Of a stretch of 64,000 nucleotides of DNA, positions 32,022 through 43,426 are shown piece after piece. The notes under the pieces are model-generated. The model made no database searches. It saw only the letters and a program-made list of their open reading frames with translations, and was not told where the DNA came from. Source of the DNA: an uncultured Methanomicrobiaceae archaeon (GTDB lineage: Archaea; Halobacteriota; Methanomicrobia; Methanomicrobiales; Methanoculleaceae); the NCBI GenBank assembly GCA_963826525.1, contig CAWGXH010000003.1:352001-416000 (forward strand). The letters are read 5' to 3'. Made by a program: the position numbers and the translations under genes. Positions within the stretch are counted from its first letter, which is position 1, and each line of letters starts with the position of its first letter.

Positions 32022-33026
32022 CCTTCCTCGAGACCGTGCTGACGATCCTCTTCGGCACCGTCGCGCTGGCGATCTTCGGCATGGTCGCCGGGCTCTTCTT
32101 CCTCGGCGTCGACCGGAAGTTCGCCGCCCACATGCAGGCACGGATAGGGCCGCCGCTCCGCCAGCCGTTCATCGACGTGATGAAACTCTTCCACAAAGAG
32201 AATATCATCCCCGAGAATGCGATCCCCTGGCTCTTCAACGGCGCACCCATCCTCGCGCTCGCCTCGTCGATCACGATCCTGCTCTACCTGCCGTTCGGCA
32301 GCCTCGGGCCGGTCTTCGGCAGCGCCGGCGACGTGATCCTGGTCATGTACCTCCTCACTGTCCCGGCGCTTGCGATGGTCGTCGGCGGGTTCGCCTCCGG
32401 GTCGCCCTACGCGACGGTAGGCGCCCAGCGTGAGATGGTGATCCTGATGGCCTACGAGCTCCCCCTCGCGATCGCGATCGTCGCCATCGCCTGGCGGCTC
32501 TCGATGGCCGGGATAGCCGATCCCTTCTCCCTCGTCACGATCTCGGCAAACCCCATCTGGGGTGTCGTCGGGCCGGTCGGGATCCTCGGCTGCCTCATCC
32601 TCCTCGCGATCCTGGCATGGGTGACCCCGGCGGAAGCTATCACGGATTCCGTTCGATGCGCAGGAAGCCGAGACGGAACTTGCGGGCGGACTGCTCGTCG
32701 AGTACTCGGGGAAAAATTTCGGTCTCTTCTACATCGCCCAGGGCGTGAAGACGATCGTGATGGCCGCGCTTGCGGTCGCTCTCTTCCTGCCGTGGAACAT
32801 CTCGAGTTTCATCGCGATGGCGCCGGGCGTCGCCGTGGTCGTGGACTTCGCGTTCTTCCTCGTGAAGGTGCTGCTCGTGGTCTTCTTCTCGATCTCCCTG
32901 ATCCGGGTCTCGATGGCCCGGTTCCGGATAACGCAGATCGTCTCGATCTACTGGATATGGCTCGGGCTCGCGGGTTTCGTCGGCCTCGGCCTGATCGGGA
33001 TCGATGCACTGCTTGCAGGAGTGTGA
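32018..33026 (+). CDS. mbhM: NuoH-like membrane subunit (frameshift near 32640)
   Basis: DRKFAAHMQARIGPP, SPYATVGAQRE; continues AETELAGG..VEYSG, ARFRI. Confidence 0.9.
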
Positions 33027-33032
33027 TATCGA

Positions 33033-33437
33033 ATGGCAACATTACCCATGATACCGGAGCTTCTCCGGCAGCTCTTCAGGACCCCGGCGACGAACGCCTT
33101 CCCGGCAAAGTACCTCCCGCCCTCGGTGACGGGATTTCTGGCGAAGGTCGGCAGGGGCGAGGCTGCGATCCATCCGCCGGTGGCGGTGCCGAAGGACTTC
33201 CGGGGCAAGATCACCTACGACCCGGCCGGGTGCACGGGCTGCAGCCTCTGTGCGAAGGTATGCCCGTCGCACGCCATCGAGGTGCTGAAGGACGAAAAGA
33301 GGATCCGGATCTACATCTCGCAGTGCATCTTCTGCTCGCAGTGCACGGATATATGCCCGAAAGGCTCGCTCGCGATGAGCGATGTGTTCCTGCTCGCCGA
33401 CGAGGACCGCTACGCCGATAATCTCATCGTCGAGTGA
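33033..33437 (+). CDS. mbhN: 2x[4Fe-4S] subunit (NuoI-like)
   Basis: FRGKITYD, CTGCSLCAKVCP, CIFCSQCTDICP. Confidence 0.92.
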   Translation: MATLPMIPELLRQLFRTPATNAFPAKYLPPSVTGFLAKVGRGEAAIHPPVAVPKDFRGKITYDPAGCTGCSLCAKVCPSHAIEVLKDEKRIRIYISQCIFCSQCTDICPKGSLAMSDVFLLADEDRYADNLIVE

Positions 33438-33876
33438 GCGAGAGCAGTTCGATATCGAACACCCGCTCTTTTTTCAGCATAGTGATCAGCCGCTCGGCAC
33501 CCTCGATGACGGGCTCCGAGAGTCCTTCGCCGTCCCGGACGTTCTCCGGCTCGATACCGATAAAGAGGATCGTCTCCGCCGCATCCGCGAGAAAATCGAT
33601 GAGGTGCGAGAGGGGGAGGGCATGGGTGCCGATGCTGACGTCCTCTATCTCCTCTTTTGGAACACGCCGGAATTCGCCGGGGGGGATACCCATCCGGCCT
33701 GCATCCACGAAGACGAGAAGGTCGGGGTGGCTCCGCCGGACGACCGAGGTGAAGTTCTCCGGCACCGTCCCGCAGTCGACTGCAGTCCAGCCGGTGCCCT
33801 CCATCCGATGAGCGATATAGTTCCCCACACCGTCGTCCCGGCGGAGGGTGTTTCCTATCCCGAGCAGCATCTTCAT
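33424..33876 (-). CDS. hycI: Hydrogenase maturation endopeptidase, HycI-type
   Basis: LGIGNTLRRDDGVG, CGTVPENF, VDA, THALPL. Confidence 0.92.
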   Translation of the reverse strand: MKMLLGIGNTLRRDDGVGNYIAHRMEGTGWTAVDCGTVPENFTSVVRRSHPDLLVFVDAGRMGIPPGEFRRVPKEEIEDVSIGTHALPLSHLIDFLADAAETILFIGIEPENVRDGEGLSEPVIEGAERLITMLKKERVFDIELLSLTRR

Positions 33877-34100
33877 GTGGCGGTACTGTGGACGCCATGA
33901 GGGAAAATTCTGGCGATCCGCCCTGTTCTGAGCCCGGTTTGCACCGGCCGGTGCGAGGGGTCGCAAACTCGCCGGAAAGTGCGAGAAAAACGCCCATATT
34001 ATCCGTTATTTCCGGATACCGGAGAGCAGGTAGCAGAAAATATATAACCAAATTGATCATTGGTAGATATATCCCACCTCGGGAAGGAGGTGTATCGCCC

Positions 34101-34193
34101 ATGGCAGGAAAGGACAAGAAGGCACCGGCACAGGCACCGGCTCAGGCACCGGCAAAGAAGTCGGAGAAGCAGGAGAAGGGAAAGAGGAAATAA
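34101..34193 (+). CDS. 30-aa basic small protein
   Basis: MAGKDKKAPAQAPAQAPAKKSEKQEKGKRK; GGAGGTG RBS and an upstream TATATAA. Confidence 0.55.
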   Translation: MAGKDKKAPAQAPAQAPAKKSEKQEKGKRK

Positions 34194-34340
34194 GGCTCCC
34201 GTAGTACACACCCTTAATCTCCCATTTCTTACCACGCACCACCCCCGGCCATCCGATGTTTCCCCGGGGGTGGAAAACGCCCGTGCATGCCCCTGAATTT
34301 TTTCAAAGAGTTCATATCCGGAGTCGGCAGATCTTTTTCC

Positions 34341-35182
34341 GTGACACTGCAAAGGTACATCGCTCTCGGTATCTGTATTCTTCTCGTATGCACGGCTGCC
34401 GGCTGCCTTCAGCCGCAGGAACCGGATTCTTTCGGCCACGGAAAGTGATGAGATGCTCGTCCTTCTCGACGAGATGCGGGGCGATATCGATGCCGCCCTG
34501 GCAGGGCTCGATGCCCGGGTCGCAGGCACGGCGGAGAACCTGACCGCGACCGGGCTTGCGGGCGACGAGGCACGGGCGCTCCTTGCAGAGAGCCTCGCTG
34601 CCGACCCGCTCATCGCCACCGCCATCACGATCGACCAAAGCGGCACCGTCGCCGCGGCGGTTCCCGATTCGCTCGAAGGGCTCGTCGGCGAGGATCTCAG
34701 CCACCAGGAGGTCGTCCGGGAGACGTTCGAGCGGAAGGTGCCGGTGATGACCGGCCGTGCCCCCCTCGCGGAGGGCGGCTATGCCGTGATCCTCCAGTAC
34801 CCGTCTTCTCGGCGGACGGCAGCCTTATCGGGGCGACGAGCATCACCTTCGATCCCTACGTGCTGCTGAAGGGCGAGATCGAGCCGGTGCTGAACGGCAC
34901 GCCCTATACGGCGATGGTGGCCGAGACCGACGGCACCATCCTCTACGACGCCGACCCGGCCGAGATTACGAAGGAGACCTTCAACGAGTCGCTGTACGAA
35001 GAGTTCCCCGGGGTCATTGCGTTCGCCCGGAGTACGCGCAGAATCGGTCGGGGAACGCGACGTACTCGTTCTACGACACCGGTTTTAACCACGTCGTGCA
35101 GAAAGAGGCCTTCTGGACGACGGTCGGGCTGCACGGGACGGAGTGGCGGCTGATCATTATCAGGGAGATCGGGGAGGCGTAG
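34341..35182 (+). CDS. Cache-domain lipoprotein (several frameshifts)
   Basis: Lipobox TAAGC; GEDLSHQE, LAEGGYAV, DGTILYDADP, WTTVGLHGTEWRL. Confidence 0.7.
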
Positions 35183-35297
35183 CGTGGGAGAGGGTCAGGA
35201 TATTTCCACGCCCGGAGCCGGCGGAGCGGTGCCGCTCCCGCAGTCGCAGAGAAAGGTTTACAGCCGATGGCCGCAGCCATACTTTTTCAGGAATACC

Positions 35298-35806
35298 ATG
35301 ATCGCTCGCGTCGCCGTCGGCACCCTTGCTCTTCTCCTGCTTCTCGTCCCGGTGAGTGCCGGTATCCCCGGGACGATGAACCTCGGGATGCAGGGCGTAT
35401 CAATCCGACGCCCATAACCGACCTCACGTTTAACGGGAGCACGTCCCCCTCCGGGCCGCTCGAACCTTCCGAAATCGTCCGGCTGACGCTTGCGATCTCT
35501 CCGAAATACCCCTGTCAAAACGTGACCATCCGCTTTCTCATTCCCAAGGGGATTAGACCTCGTCGACGGTGAAACCGAATACTTCTACGAAAATATAAGC
35601 GGCGGAGACCTTCAGGAAACGAGTGTTGTGGCGAATGTCACCGACGATAGTCATCTCCTGGGCGAACAGGCATTGTATCCGGGTATGTCCACTATAACAG
35701 CAATGACACTACCGACTTGACTGAATACTACTTTTTCTGTCGCCCACCGGAGAAACCCTGGTATGCAAAGATACTGAAATCTGTTTTTAACTTTTTCTTC
35801 TCGTAA
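35298..35806 (+). CDS. Secreted hypothetical protein, tandem paralogue 1 (frameshifted)
   Basis: Signal peptide ending PVSA; TDLTFNGST; ends KPWYAKILKSVFNFFFS. Confidence 0.65.
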
Positions 35807-36196
35807 TCATTGTTATTAAGCAATTTCAACGCAGCAAATCTATTTTCAGGCAAAGGGCGAATGCCGGATGAGAATAACTTTTTGAGCGATTTTTCGGATA
35901 ACAAAAAGCAAGGTCGCTGTAAACTCGAACTTGACGTGATATTTCCCTGTTGCTCCGGACTATGGTATATATTCGTTTTTATTTTAGTAGGAATCGAATA
36001 CTTGATATATTGGATAAGTAAAGTAACTCTCTATCTCTCTCACCGGAGCGCTTCGTAGAAACGGTGCAGTGGAAAGGTAGATGGCGAGGGTCATTCAGCC
36101 GTCAATGTTGAAGTGATTCCTCCCGGTGCCGGAGTGCCTGGGTGCTGAGGAGCAGAGTTCGCTCATCCTCCGGTGCGTTCACTGGAGGTAATCGTG

Positions 36197-36707
36197 ATGA
36201 ATGTTTACTATTGGTTAGTCGGTCTGGTTGCCGCATTGATAGTGTGTGCCCCGGTGAGTGCCGGTGGACCCGAAAATATAATCGTGGAGGTGCAGGGCGG
36301 TCAATCCGATGTCATGACCGACCTCACGTTTAACGGGAGCACCTCCACCTCCGGGCCGCTGGAACCCGGTGAAATCGATCCAGCTCACGTTTGCGCTCTC
36401 TCCGAAATAACCCTCTCAAAACGTGACCGTCCGCTACAACATTCCTGAGGGGATAGACCTCGTTGACGGTGAGACCGAATACTTCTACGAGGATATAGAC
36501 GGCGGAGACCTTCAGGAAACGAGTGTTGTGGTGAATGTCACCGACGATATGCATCTCTTAAGTCTAAAAGTCATCGTATCCGGATACGTCCACTATAACA
36601 GCAATGACACTGCCGACTTGATTGAAGATTACTTTTTCTGTCGCCCACCGGAGAAACCCTGGTACGCAAAGGTGCTGGAATCTGTTTTTAACTTTTTCTT
36701 CTCGTAA
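36197..36707 (+). CDS. Secreted hypothetical protein, tandem paralogue 2 (frameshifted)
   Basis: Long near-identical DNA stretches shared with 35298..35806; ends KPWYAKVLESVFNFFFS. Confidence 0.65.
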
Positions 36708-36900
36708 TATCAGCCTGCTTGCGACCACCCTCCTCGCTCCTCGCCATCCTCCTCCTGCTCCGGCGTTCCCGCTCCGGCAGGGGTCGCTCGCATGGTTCGG
36801 GGCTATCGAGGCCGGGAATGGGCGCCCTCCCCGTTCTGCCCGATCTCCGTGCCGAATAAAAACCGGACGAGTTATCATTCTCCGGAGTGACGTGGTCATA

Positions 36901-37116
36901 ATGCGCACAGTCTCCCGCCGTTATGCCTCGGTCGTCGTTCTCCTCCTGGCGGCACTGCTCGCGAGCGGCTGCTGCGATATCATCCCGGGATGCGCACCGC
37001 TCACCCCCGGCCACCGGGACTTCGAGGGCGATATCCGGGCGATGAAACTCGATGCGGCCGGGAACCGGGAGTGGTTCCGGCTGCCCTCCGCGGCGGTTAT
37101 GGCGCATCCTGCGTGA
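36901..37116 (+). pseudogene. Truncated lipoprotein fragment
   Basis: Lipobox LASGC, then DIRAMKLDAAGNREW, then loss of frame. Confidence 0.4.
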
Positions 37117-37248
37117 CTCCGGAGATCGCACCCTTGCGGTATATATGACGTATCCCCATTTTTCCGGTCAAATGTCCGGGAGATTATGCCATTCTCATCG
37201 ACTGCGAGTATCCTTTTTCACGGTTCGCCCCAAATATACTAAACACAG

Positions 37249-37953
37249 ATGAGCATATCAGGTGCGAACCGGAGAGCGCCGGTGCGGGTCACGGGCGTCG
37301 TTACCGACCGCAGCGGCAACGGGATCGAGATATTCGACCCGCCGTTCTACCGCGAGGAGTTCGAGGCCGCGTACCGCTATATCATCGACGAGTACCGGGT
37401 CGAGCCGCGAGAGATCGCCCTCTTTCTCCCCTGCGCCGTCCGGAAACCCTACAGCCAGAGCCCGAGCCACAAACTCTTCCGGAAGATCATCGACGGCGTC
37501 CTCGCTCCCGAGGAGTACCATATCGTCATCTTCGGGACGTGCGGAACCGTCCCTGCGGAGCTCGAACTGATGTACCCGTTCCGGCACTACCACTACATGC
37601 TCGGCAAGGCCACTGACGAAAAAATCCGGCGGGACTTTCACCGGATCGAGGTCTACCGGCTCAGCGGCTACCTCGAAAAGACCCGGTATACCTACTATAA
37701 AAGGCTCGCCTACTGCATCGGCCCGTTCCGGAAAGCGATGGTCGAGGCGTCGCAGGCGACCGGCATACCCGTCGACCTGCTGCCGTCCGACCCGATGATC
37801 GAACGGATGTACGATATCGACTGCCCGTTCCCGGAAGGAAGCCTCTCGATGCAGGCGTATATCGACGAGTTCCGGGCGGGGATCGCGGGGCTTGCACGGG
37901 CATGCGGCAGATCTTCCGTCCCGGTCGAGGGAGCGTGCCGGATCTCCGTATAG
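37249..37953 (+). CDS. DUF5591 / archaeosine-synthase-related protein
   Basis: LFLPCAVRKPYSQSPSH, GTVPAELELMYPF..Y. Confidence 0.75.
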   Translation: MSISGANRRAPVRVTGVVTDRSGNGIEIFDPPFYREEFEAAYRYIIDEYRVEPREIALFLPCAVRKPYSQSPSHKLFRKIIDGVLAPEEYHIVIFGTCGTVPAELELMYPFRHYHYMLGKATDEKIRRDFHRIEVYRLSGYLEKTRYTYYKRLAYCIGPFRKAMVEASQATGIPVDLLPSDPMIERMYDIDCPFPEGSLSMQAYIDEFRAGIAGLARACGRSSVPVEGACRISV

Positions 37954-38488
37954 TTTCTCTTCCCCGGCGCTCTTTTTTGGGAATGGTTCTCGCTTGCGCA
38001 TTCCTTGGTGCCGGAAGATCCGGGCGCTCTGGAGCATGCTCGTCGGTAAAACCTGCTCTCTCCTGTCGGTCGAAGTGCCGAAGAGGTTACTCCGGAGAAG
38101 ATCCTCGATAACGTCCGGTTTCCGGGTAGATCGGGCCTGCCGTCACGGGGGTATGAGAAGAGGAGGGGCGGCGGCAATCCTGCAGCAGGAGCGGGAACTC
38201 CTGGGGAACCCCCGGAGCCCGCCTCGATCCCCGACCGGGGACGTGCAGATGTGGTTGCCCGGAGAAGCCCCGCCAGAGGTACTCTCATTCCTGGCATGGG
38301 CTGCCCCGTAGAGATAAACAGGGGGAGGTATATTCTATCATTTATATATTTATCGGAGAATGGTTATTGCAGGAGCGTATGCAGCACCATGACGACTCTC
38401 TCCTCCAAAAGAGCCGCCGGAGCACCGCATGGCCGGCACCGTCGATAGGGCCGCTGGTATTATCTCATCCTGCGCCTATGCGCAGTCG

Positions 38489-39593
38489 ATGCAGAACCGG
38501 TACGATCTCGTCGTGGTCGGTGCGGGCCCGGCAGGCAGCACCGCCGCACGCTACGCGGCAGAGCAGGGGTCAAGCGTCCTCCTGCTCGACAAGAAGAAGA
38601 CGATAGGCGTCCCCGTCTGCTGCGGGGAGTTCATCCCCTCCGGTGCGGTGACCGCGGATGCCTTCCCGAACGCCCCGGGCGTCGAAGATCTCTTTCCCGT
38701 CGATCCGGGTCTCGTCGAGCGGGATATCAGGGAGGTTGTCGTCAGATCGCCGAAGGGCAGGGAGTACCACTTTTCCCTCGAGGGCTGCACCGTCCGCCGC
38801 GACGCCTTCGACCGGCACCTGGCGGATGCGGCTGCCGGGGCGGGGGCTACGATCGTCACCGATACGAAATTTCTCGGCCTTGACGGCCACCGTGTCGCGA
38901 CGACCCGCGGCACCTTCGAGGCAGGCGTCGTGATCGCCGCGGACGGCCCGCTCTCGTCGGTCTGCCGCTCGGCAGGCCTCGAGCGGAGTTGCACCCTCTC
39001 TCCCGCCGTCACCTGCCGCGTGGACGGCGAATTTCCGGATGGACTGCAGATCTTCTTCGGCAACCGAATCGCGCCGGGAGGCTATGCGTGGATCTTCCCG
39101 AAACAGGGGTGCGCCAACGTCGGGCTCGGGGTGCAGCGCTCCGGTGCCCCGGTGCGAAGACTCCTCGAGGCCTTCCTCGCGGAGCACGGGTATGCAAGCG
39201 GAGCGATGCAGGCCTGCTTCATCCCGGTCTCGGGGCCGATCGAAAAGACCGTGCAGGGAAACGTCCTCGCCGTCGGGGATGCCGCCGGGCATGTCGTCGC
39301 GTCGAACGGCGGCGGGATCTCGATAGCGATGATCTGCGGCAGGCTTGCCGGACTCGCGGCGGCCCGCCATCTCCGGGAGGGCGAATCCCTGACGGCGTAC
39401 GAGCGGGACTGGCGCGCTGCGGTAGGGCAGGGAACTTGCAACCGCCGCCAGGATGAAACAGCAGGCTGACCGCTTCCTCGTATCCGACTTCCTCCTCGAA
39501 CAGATGATGAAGCGGCTCGGCGTTGCGGGTATCAAACGGCTGATGGTGTATAACGGTACCGGCCGGCCCGGGCAGGCGGATCTGGCACTATAA
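38489..39593 (+). CDS. Geranylgeranyl reductase family FAD oxidoreductase (frameshift near 39430)
   Basis: VVGAGPAGS, GVPVCCGE, PGGYAWIFP, VGDAAG, GGGI. Confidence 0.88.
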
Positions 39594-39620
39594 TCTCGTA
39601 TCCGGCACCGATCTCTAGGG

Positions 39621-40312
39621 ATGCAAACCGCTGTGAAGATATGTGCGATTACGGGAAGTCCGCGGGGGATGCGGAGCCGGACGAGGAAGACTTGCCGGCT
39701 TTCTGCTCGCGGGTGCGGAGGAGGTCGGGGCAGAGGTCGACCTGATCGATCTCGCCGATATGCGGATCACGCCCTGCATCGCCTGCGACGAGCTGCAGCC
39801 TTGACGGGACGTGCATCTACACCGACGACTTCGCCCCGCTCTACGAGCGGATGCTGGATGCCGACGGCCTGGTCCTGGCATCCCCGGTCTACGTCGACAA
39901 CGTCTCCGCGCAGATGAAGATCCTCATCGACCGGCTCGCAGACGTTATCCACTACCAGACCCTCGCCGGGAAGTACGGCTGCAGCCTCGCCACCACCTGG
40001 AGTTCCGGGGGTGCGGAGGTGGTCGCGTATCTGAACCACGTCCAGAACTACCTCGGGGCGCTTGCAATCGGCGGGCTGAGCGTTCCGCTCGGCGACGACC
40101 CGGGGGCGATCGATGCTGCGGAGCCCGCGGCACGCGACCTGGGGCGAAGGCTCGCACAGGCTATCCGGACGCGGCCGCGGTATCCCGACCAGGAGGCGGA
40201 GATTGCCGAAAATCGTGAATGCTTCGCCGCAATCGTTCGGGAGAACCGGGACGTCCGTCCGGATGAGTACGAGCGGTGGGTGCGGGAAGGCTGGATCCGG
40301 GACAAGGAGTGA
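39621..40312 (+). CDS. Flavodoxin-family iron-sulfur flavoprotein (frameshifted)
   Basis: GSPRG, PCIAC..C, ADGLVLASPVY, AQMKILIDR. Confidence 0.85.
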
Positions 40313-40318
40313 GCGGCT

Positions 40319-41206
40319 CTACTGGCAAAGCGCTATCCGGCCGCCGTCCCGGGTGAGGAACCCTTCCGCTTCGAGGCACCCGAGGATCCGGCTTATCCTG
40401 CCCGGGTCGCCGCCCAGATGCCGGATCACGTCATCCTCGGCGAGGGCTCCCTCCTTGAGGAGCAGCGCGAGCACCCTGCCCCGGAGCTGCCGGTCAGACC
40501 CCTCGAAACGGCTCTGCACGGTATACGCCGCGCTCCGCCGGTTCGGGTTCACCGTCCGCTTTGAAAGCACCGTCCCGTAGTCCATGAGTGCGGAGTACCA
40601 CGTCCGTGCATCATCGTGGAGAAGCGCCTGCTCGATGATCGGCAGAAGCTCCTCGTCCCGAATATCCGCCCGGTCTTCGAAGAAGAAGTGGATGAAGATC
40701 CGCCGGATATTCGTCTCGATGTAGACCACCGGCAGGTTGAACGCGTAGGCGGCGATGGCTGCTGCGGTTGCCTGCCCGATCCCCGGGAAGGTCGTCAGCG
40801 TCTCGGGATCTGCCGGGAGAACTCCGCCGAACTCTTCAACGACCCGCTGCGCCGTCTTCTGGAGGGCTATCGCCCGCCGGTTGTAGCCGAGACCCTGCCA
40901 GGCTTCGAGGACGTCGCTCAAGGGAGCCCGGGCAAGTCTCGCAACGTCCGGGAACCGCTCGATGAAGGCCTCGTATTTAGGAACGACCCGATCCACCTGC
41001 GTCTGCTGGAGCATCAGCTCCGAGACGAGGATCCGGTAGGGGTCGCTCGTCCGACGCCAGGGGAGGTCGCGCCCGTACTCCCGGTAGTGCCGGCAGATCA
41101 GCTCCCGGAAGAGCGCGATCGCCCCGGGGGTGATCCCTTCCTGCCTGACCGTCGCAAGCAGCCGCTTTTCGAGGTCGTTCTGGCCGGTATCGAGGGTGTG
41201 GTTCAC
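40319..41206 (-). CDS. mutY: A/G-specific adenine glycosylase (HhH-GPD, MutY-like)
   Basis: RDLPWR, VSELMLQQTQV, WQGLGYNRRA, PGIGQATA; start position uncertain. Confidence 0.85.
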   Translation of the reverse strand: MNHTLDTGQNDLEKRLLATVRQEGITPGAIALFRELICRHYREYGRDLPWRRTSDPYRILVSELMLQQTQVDRVVPKYEAFIERFPDVARLARAPLSDVLEAWQGLGYNRRAIALQKTAQRVVEEFGGVLPADPETLTTFPGIGQATAAAIAAYAFNLPVVYIETNIRRIFIHFFFEDRADIRDEELLPIIEQALLHDDARTWYSALMDYGTVLSKRTVNPNRRSAAYTVQSRFEGSDRQLRGRVLALLLKEGALAEDDVIRHLGGDPGRISRILGCLEAEGFLTRDGGRIALCQ

Positions 41207-41511
41207 CCGCAGGTACTCAGTCGGAGAGGTGCAAATACCTTCGTCCTCACCGCCCGGACGGGGGCATCCCTTCCCGGTGAGAACGCAGCGCACCGGGGGC
41301 TCTCCGCGAGAGCGCCGAAGGGGATGGATACCGGGATGAATGCCATCCCCGGCAGGCCGACGGCGTACATGAGCCGGTGTCCTCGAGAAACGGGAGGATC
41401 AGGAAGAGGAGGGAGAGATTCGGGACGAAGACGAGGGCGGCGCCGACGAGTGAGGCGAGCCGGTGCAGGCTCGATCGGAACGGCGACCGCACGAAAAAAT
41501 GAGTATTGGTT

Positions 41512-42819
41512 TTATACGGGCGTCTCTTCACCGGCCCGAATCTCTTCCCCCAGGGCTTCCTCCGCCGCGGTGCAGCCAAGTTCGGAGGTGAGCATATCCA
41601 GGTAGTTGATGAGGAGCCGGGTGATGAGGAAGTTCTGCCGGACGTACTCCTTTCCGGCGGCGCCCATCCGCGCTCCGAGCTCGGGGTCCTCGAGGATCGT
41701 AAGGACGCGGTCGGCACAGCCGGCGATATCGGTCGGGTCGACCAGGTAGCCCGTCACGCCGTCCTGGATCTGGAGCGGGATGCCGCCCACCCGTCCGGCG
41801 ATGACCGGCCGGCCCTTCCAGAGTGCCTCGGTGACGGTCAGCCCGAAGCCTTCCTTGAGCGACTTCTGCAGAACCACGACCGATACCCGCTGCAGTGCGT
41901 TGACGAGGAGGTGGTCCTCGGCGGTGAGCAGGATCAGATCGCCGCTCTCGATCAGGTCGCCTGCGGCCTCTTCGACCTGCCGGTAGATCATCCAGCCCTC
42001 GGGGTCGTCGGGAGCCATGCTGCCGCAGAGCACGAGGCGGCAGTCAACCTTCTCGCGGACGAGCTTGAATACCTCGACGACGCCGACGGGGTCCTTCCAC
42101 TTGTCGAACCGGGAGATCTGGGTGATGAGGGGCTTGTCGATCGGAACGCCGTAGCGCTTGAGGAGCCCGTCGATCTCGGCGTCGGTAAGATCGCGGTTCT
42201 TCTCTGAGAGCGGGTCGATCGCGGGGCGGATGATCCGCTGCTCTTTCGCCAGGCTCGCCCGCCGGTAATCATCGTGCGAGATGATCATGCCGTCGTAGAG
42301 CTCGACGTAGTCCTGGAGGAACTTCCAGAGGTCGTGGTCGGGCCTCGAGAGGTCGATGTGGCAGCGCCAGATCCAGGGCTGCTTCTTCTCGTAGAAGTTG
42401 ATCAGCGGCAGCGGCTGGGGGTCGTGGATGACGACCAGGTCGTGGTCGACCACGAGCTTGGTCGAGAACTCCTGGTTCGTGGTGACGTACACCGACTTTT
42501 CACGATCTGAGAACGTTATCCGCTGCCCCTGCAGCGCATTGTGGAAGTTCTTGGTGATCGTGAAGAACTCGGAGTTGCCCGTGATGATCTTCCACTCGGT
42601 CTCGATCCCGACGTTGTTCATCAGCGGTACGAGCGAGAGGATCATCTCGGCAACCCCACCGCTCTGGTAGGTGGAGTTGACGTGCAGTATCCTCTTGCCC
42701 TGTAAGACGGCCGCCTTCCGGTAAATCTCCGAAATAACGTCGTCTCCGACTATTGGCCGGTAGTCTTCCAGCGTCCGCCCGTTGTCGCATATGCAGGTGA
42801 TGCCTTGCAGGAATGCCAT
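41512..42819 (-). CDS. treT: GT4 glycosyltransferase, trehalose synthase TreT-like
   Basis: HVNSTYQSGGVAE, IHDPQP, WIWRCHID, SRFDKWKDP, EGFGLTVTEALWK. Confidence 0.85.
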   Translation of the reverse strand: MAFLQGITCICDNGRTLEDYRPIVGDDVISEIYRKAAVLQGKRILHVNSTYQSGGVAEMILSLVPLMNNVGIETEWKIITGNSEFFTITKNFHNALQGQRITFSDREKSVYVTTNQEFSTKLVVDHDLVVIHDPQPLPLINFYEKKQPWIWRCHIDLSRPDHDLWKFLQDYVELYDGMIISHDDYRRASLAKEQRIIRPAIDPLSEKNRDLTDAEIDGLLKRYGVPIDKPLITQISRFDKWKDPVGVVEVFKLVREKVDCRLVLCGSMAPDDPEGWMIYRQVEEAAGDLIESGDLILLTAEDHLLVNALQRVSVVVLQKSLKEGFGLTVTEALWKGRPVIAGRVGGIPLQIQDGVTGYLVDPTDIAGCADRVLTILEDPELGARMGAAGKEYVRQNFLITRLLINYLDMLTSELGCTAAEEALGEEIRAGEETPV

Positions 42820-43426
42820 TTCTCTCCCTCCCGGTGCAGATCGGCAGGTATTTAACCTCCGCCCCTCTGCAGTGCACTATAAGTCACTATGAGAATATAA
42901 ATATATCGGCCATGCAATAAAATTGATTCATGGCATTTGGGCGAAAATATCGCCAATACAGTCTAATATCTTTTCCGGAATACCCCGTTTGACTATCAGG
43001 CCGTTTCTGTCGGTGGGGCATAACCGGCCGACCTCCGGCGAGATCCCGGCCCCGGCGGGGGGTGGGCGCGAAGGGCGGAGATGCGTTATTCCACCGCTCT
43101 TGCATACTCGTCGAAGGGACTCCTCCGTCCCGCACGCGAGAAGAAGTCTGGATTGGCTGTACGCAGGTGCTGAAGATACCCGGGTTACTTCGGCGCCACC
43201 CTGCCCCGATACGCCCGGGTGATCCCGGGTGGCGCGGCGAGTGCAGAAACCATACATACCTTCGCTCCGCGGGGCGCTCCTCCCCGGGATATCCGGTTTG
43301 GACCGTTACCCGGAGAACTTCCGCTGCTCCTATCGCCGATAGTACATCGAGGTGCTATACTACAGGCAAGACCCTGTGGTTGTCACCTCTATACATTTAT
43401 TGCGGTCAGGTGCAAGAACTCTCCCC

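Noticed and set aside
42935-42960. Possible third copy of the leader-like element (GAAAATATCGCCAATA)
   Set aside because: Only a short match with none of the other conserved blocks.
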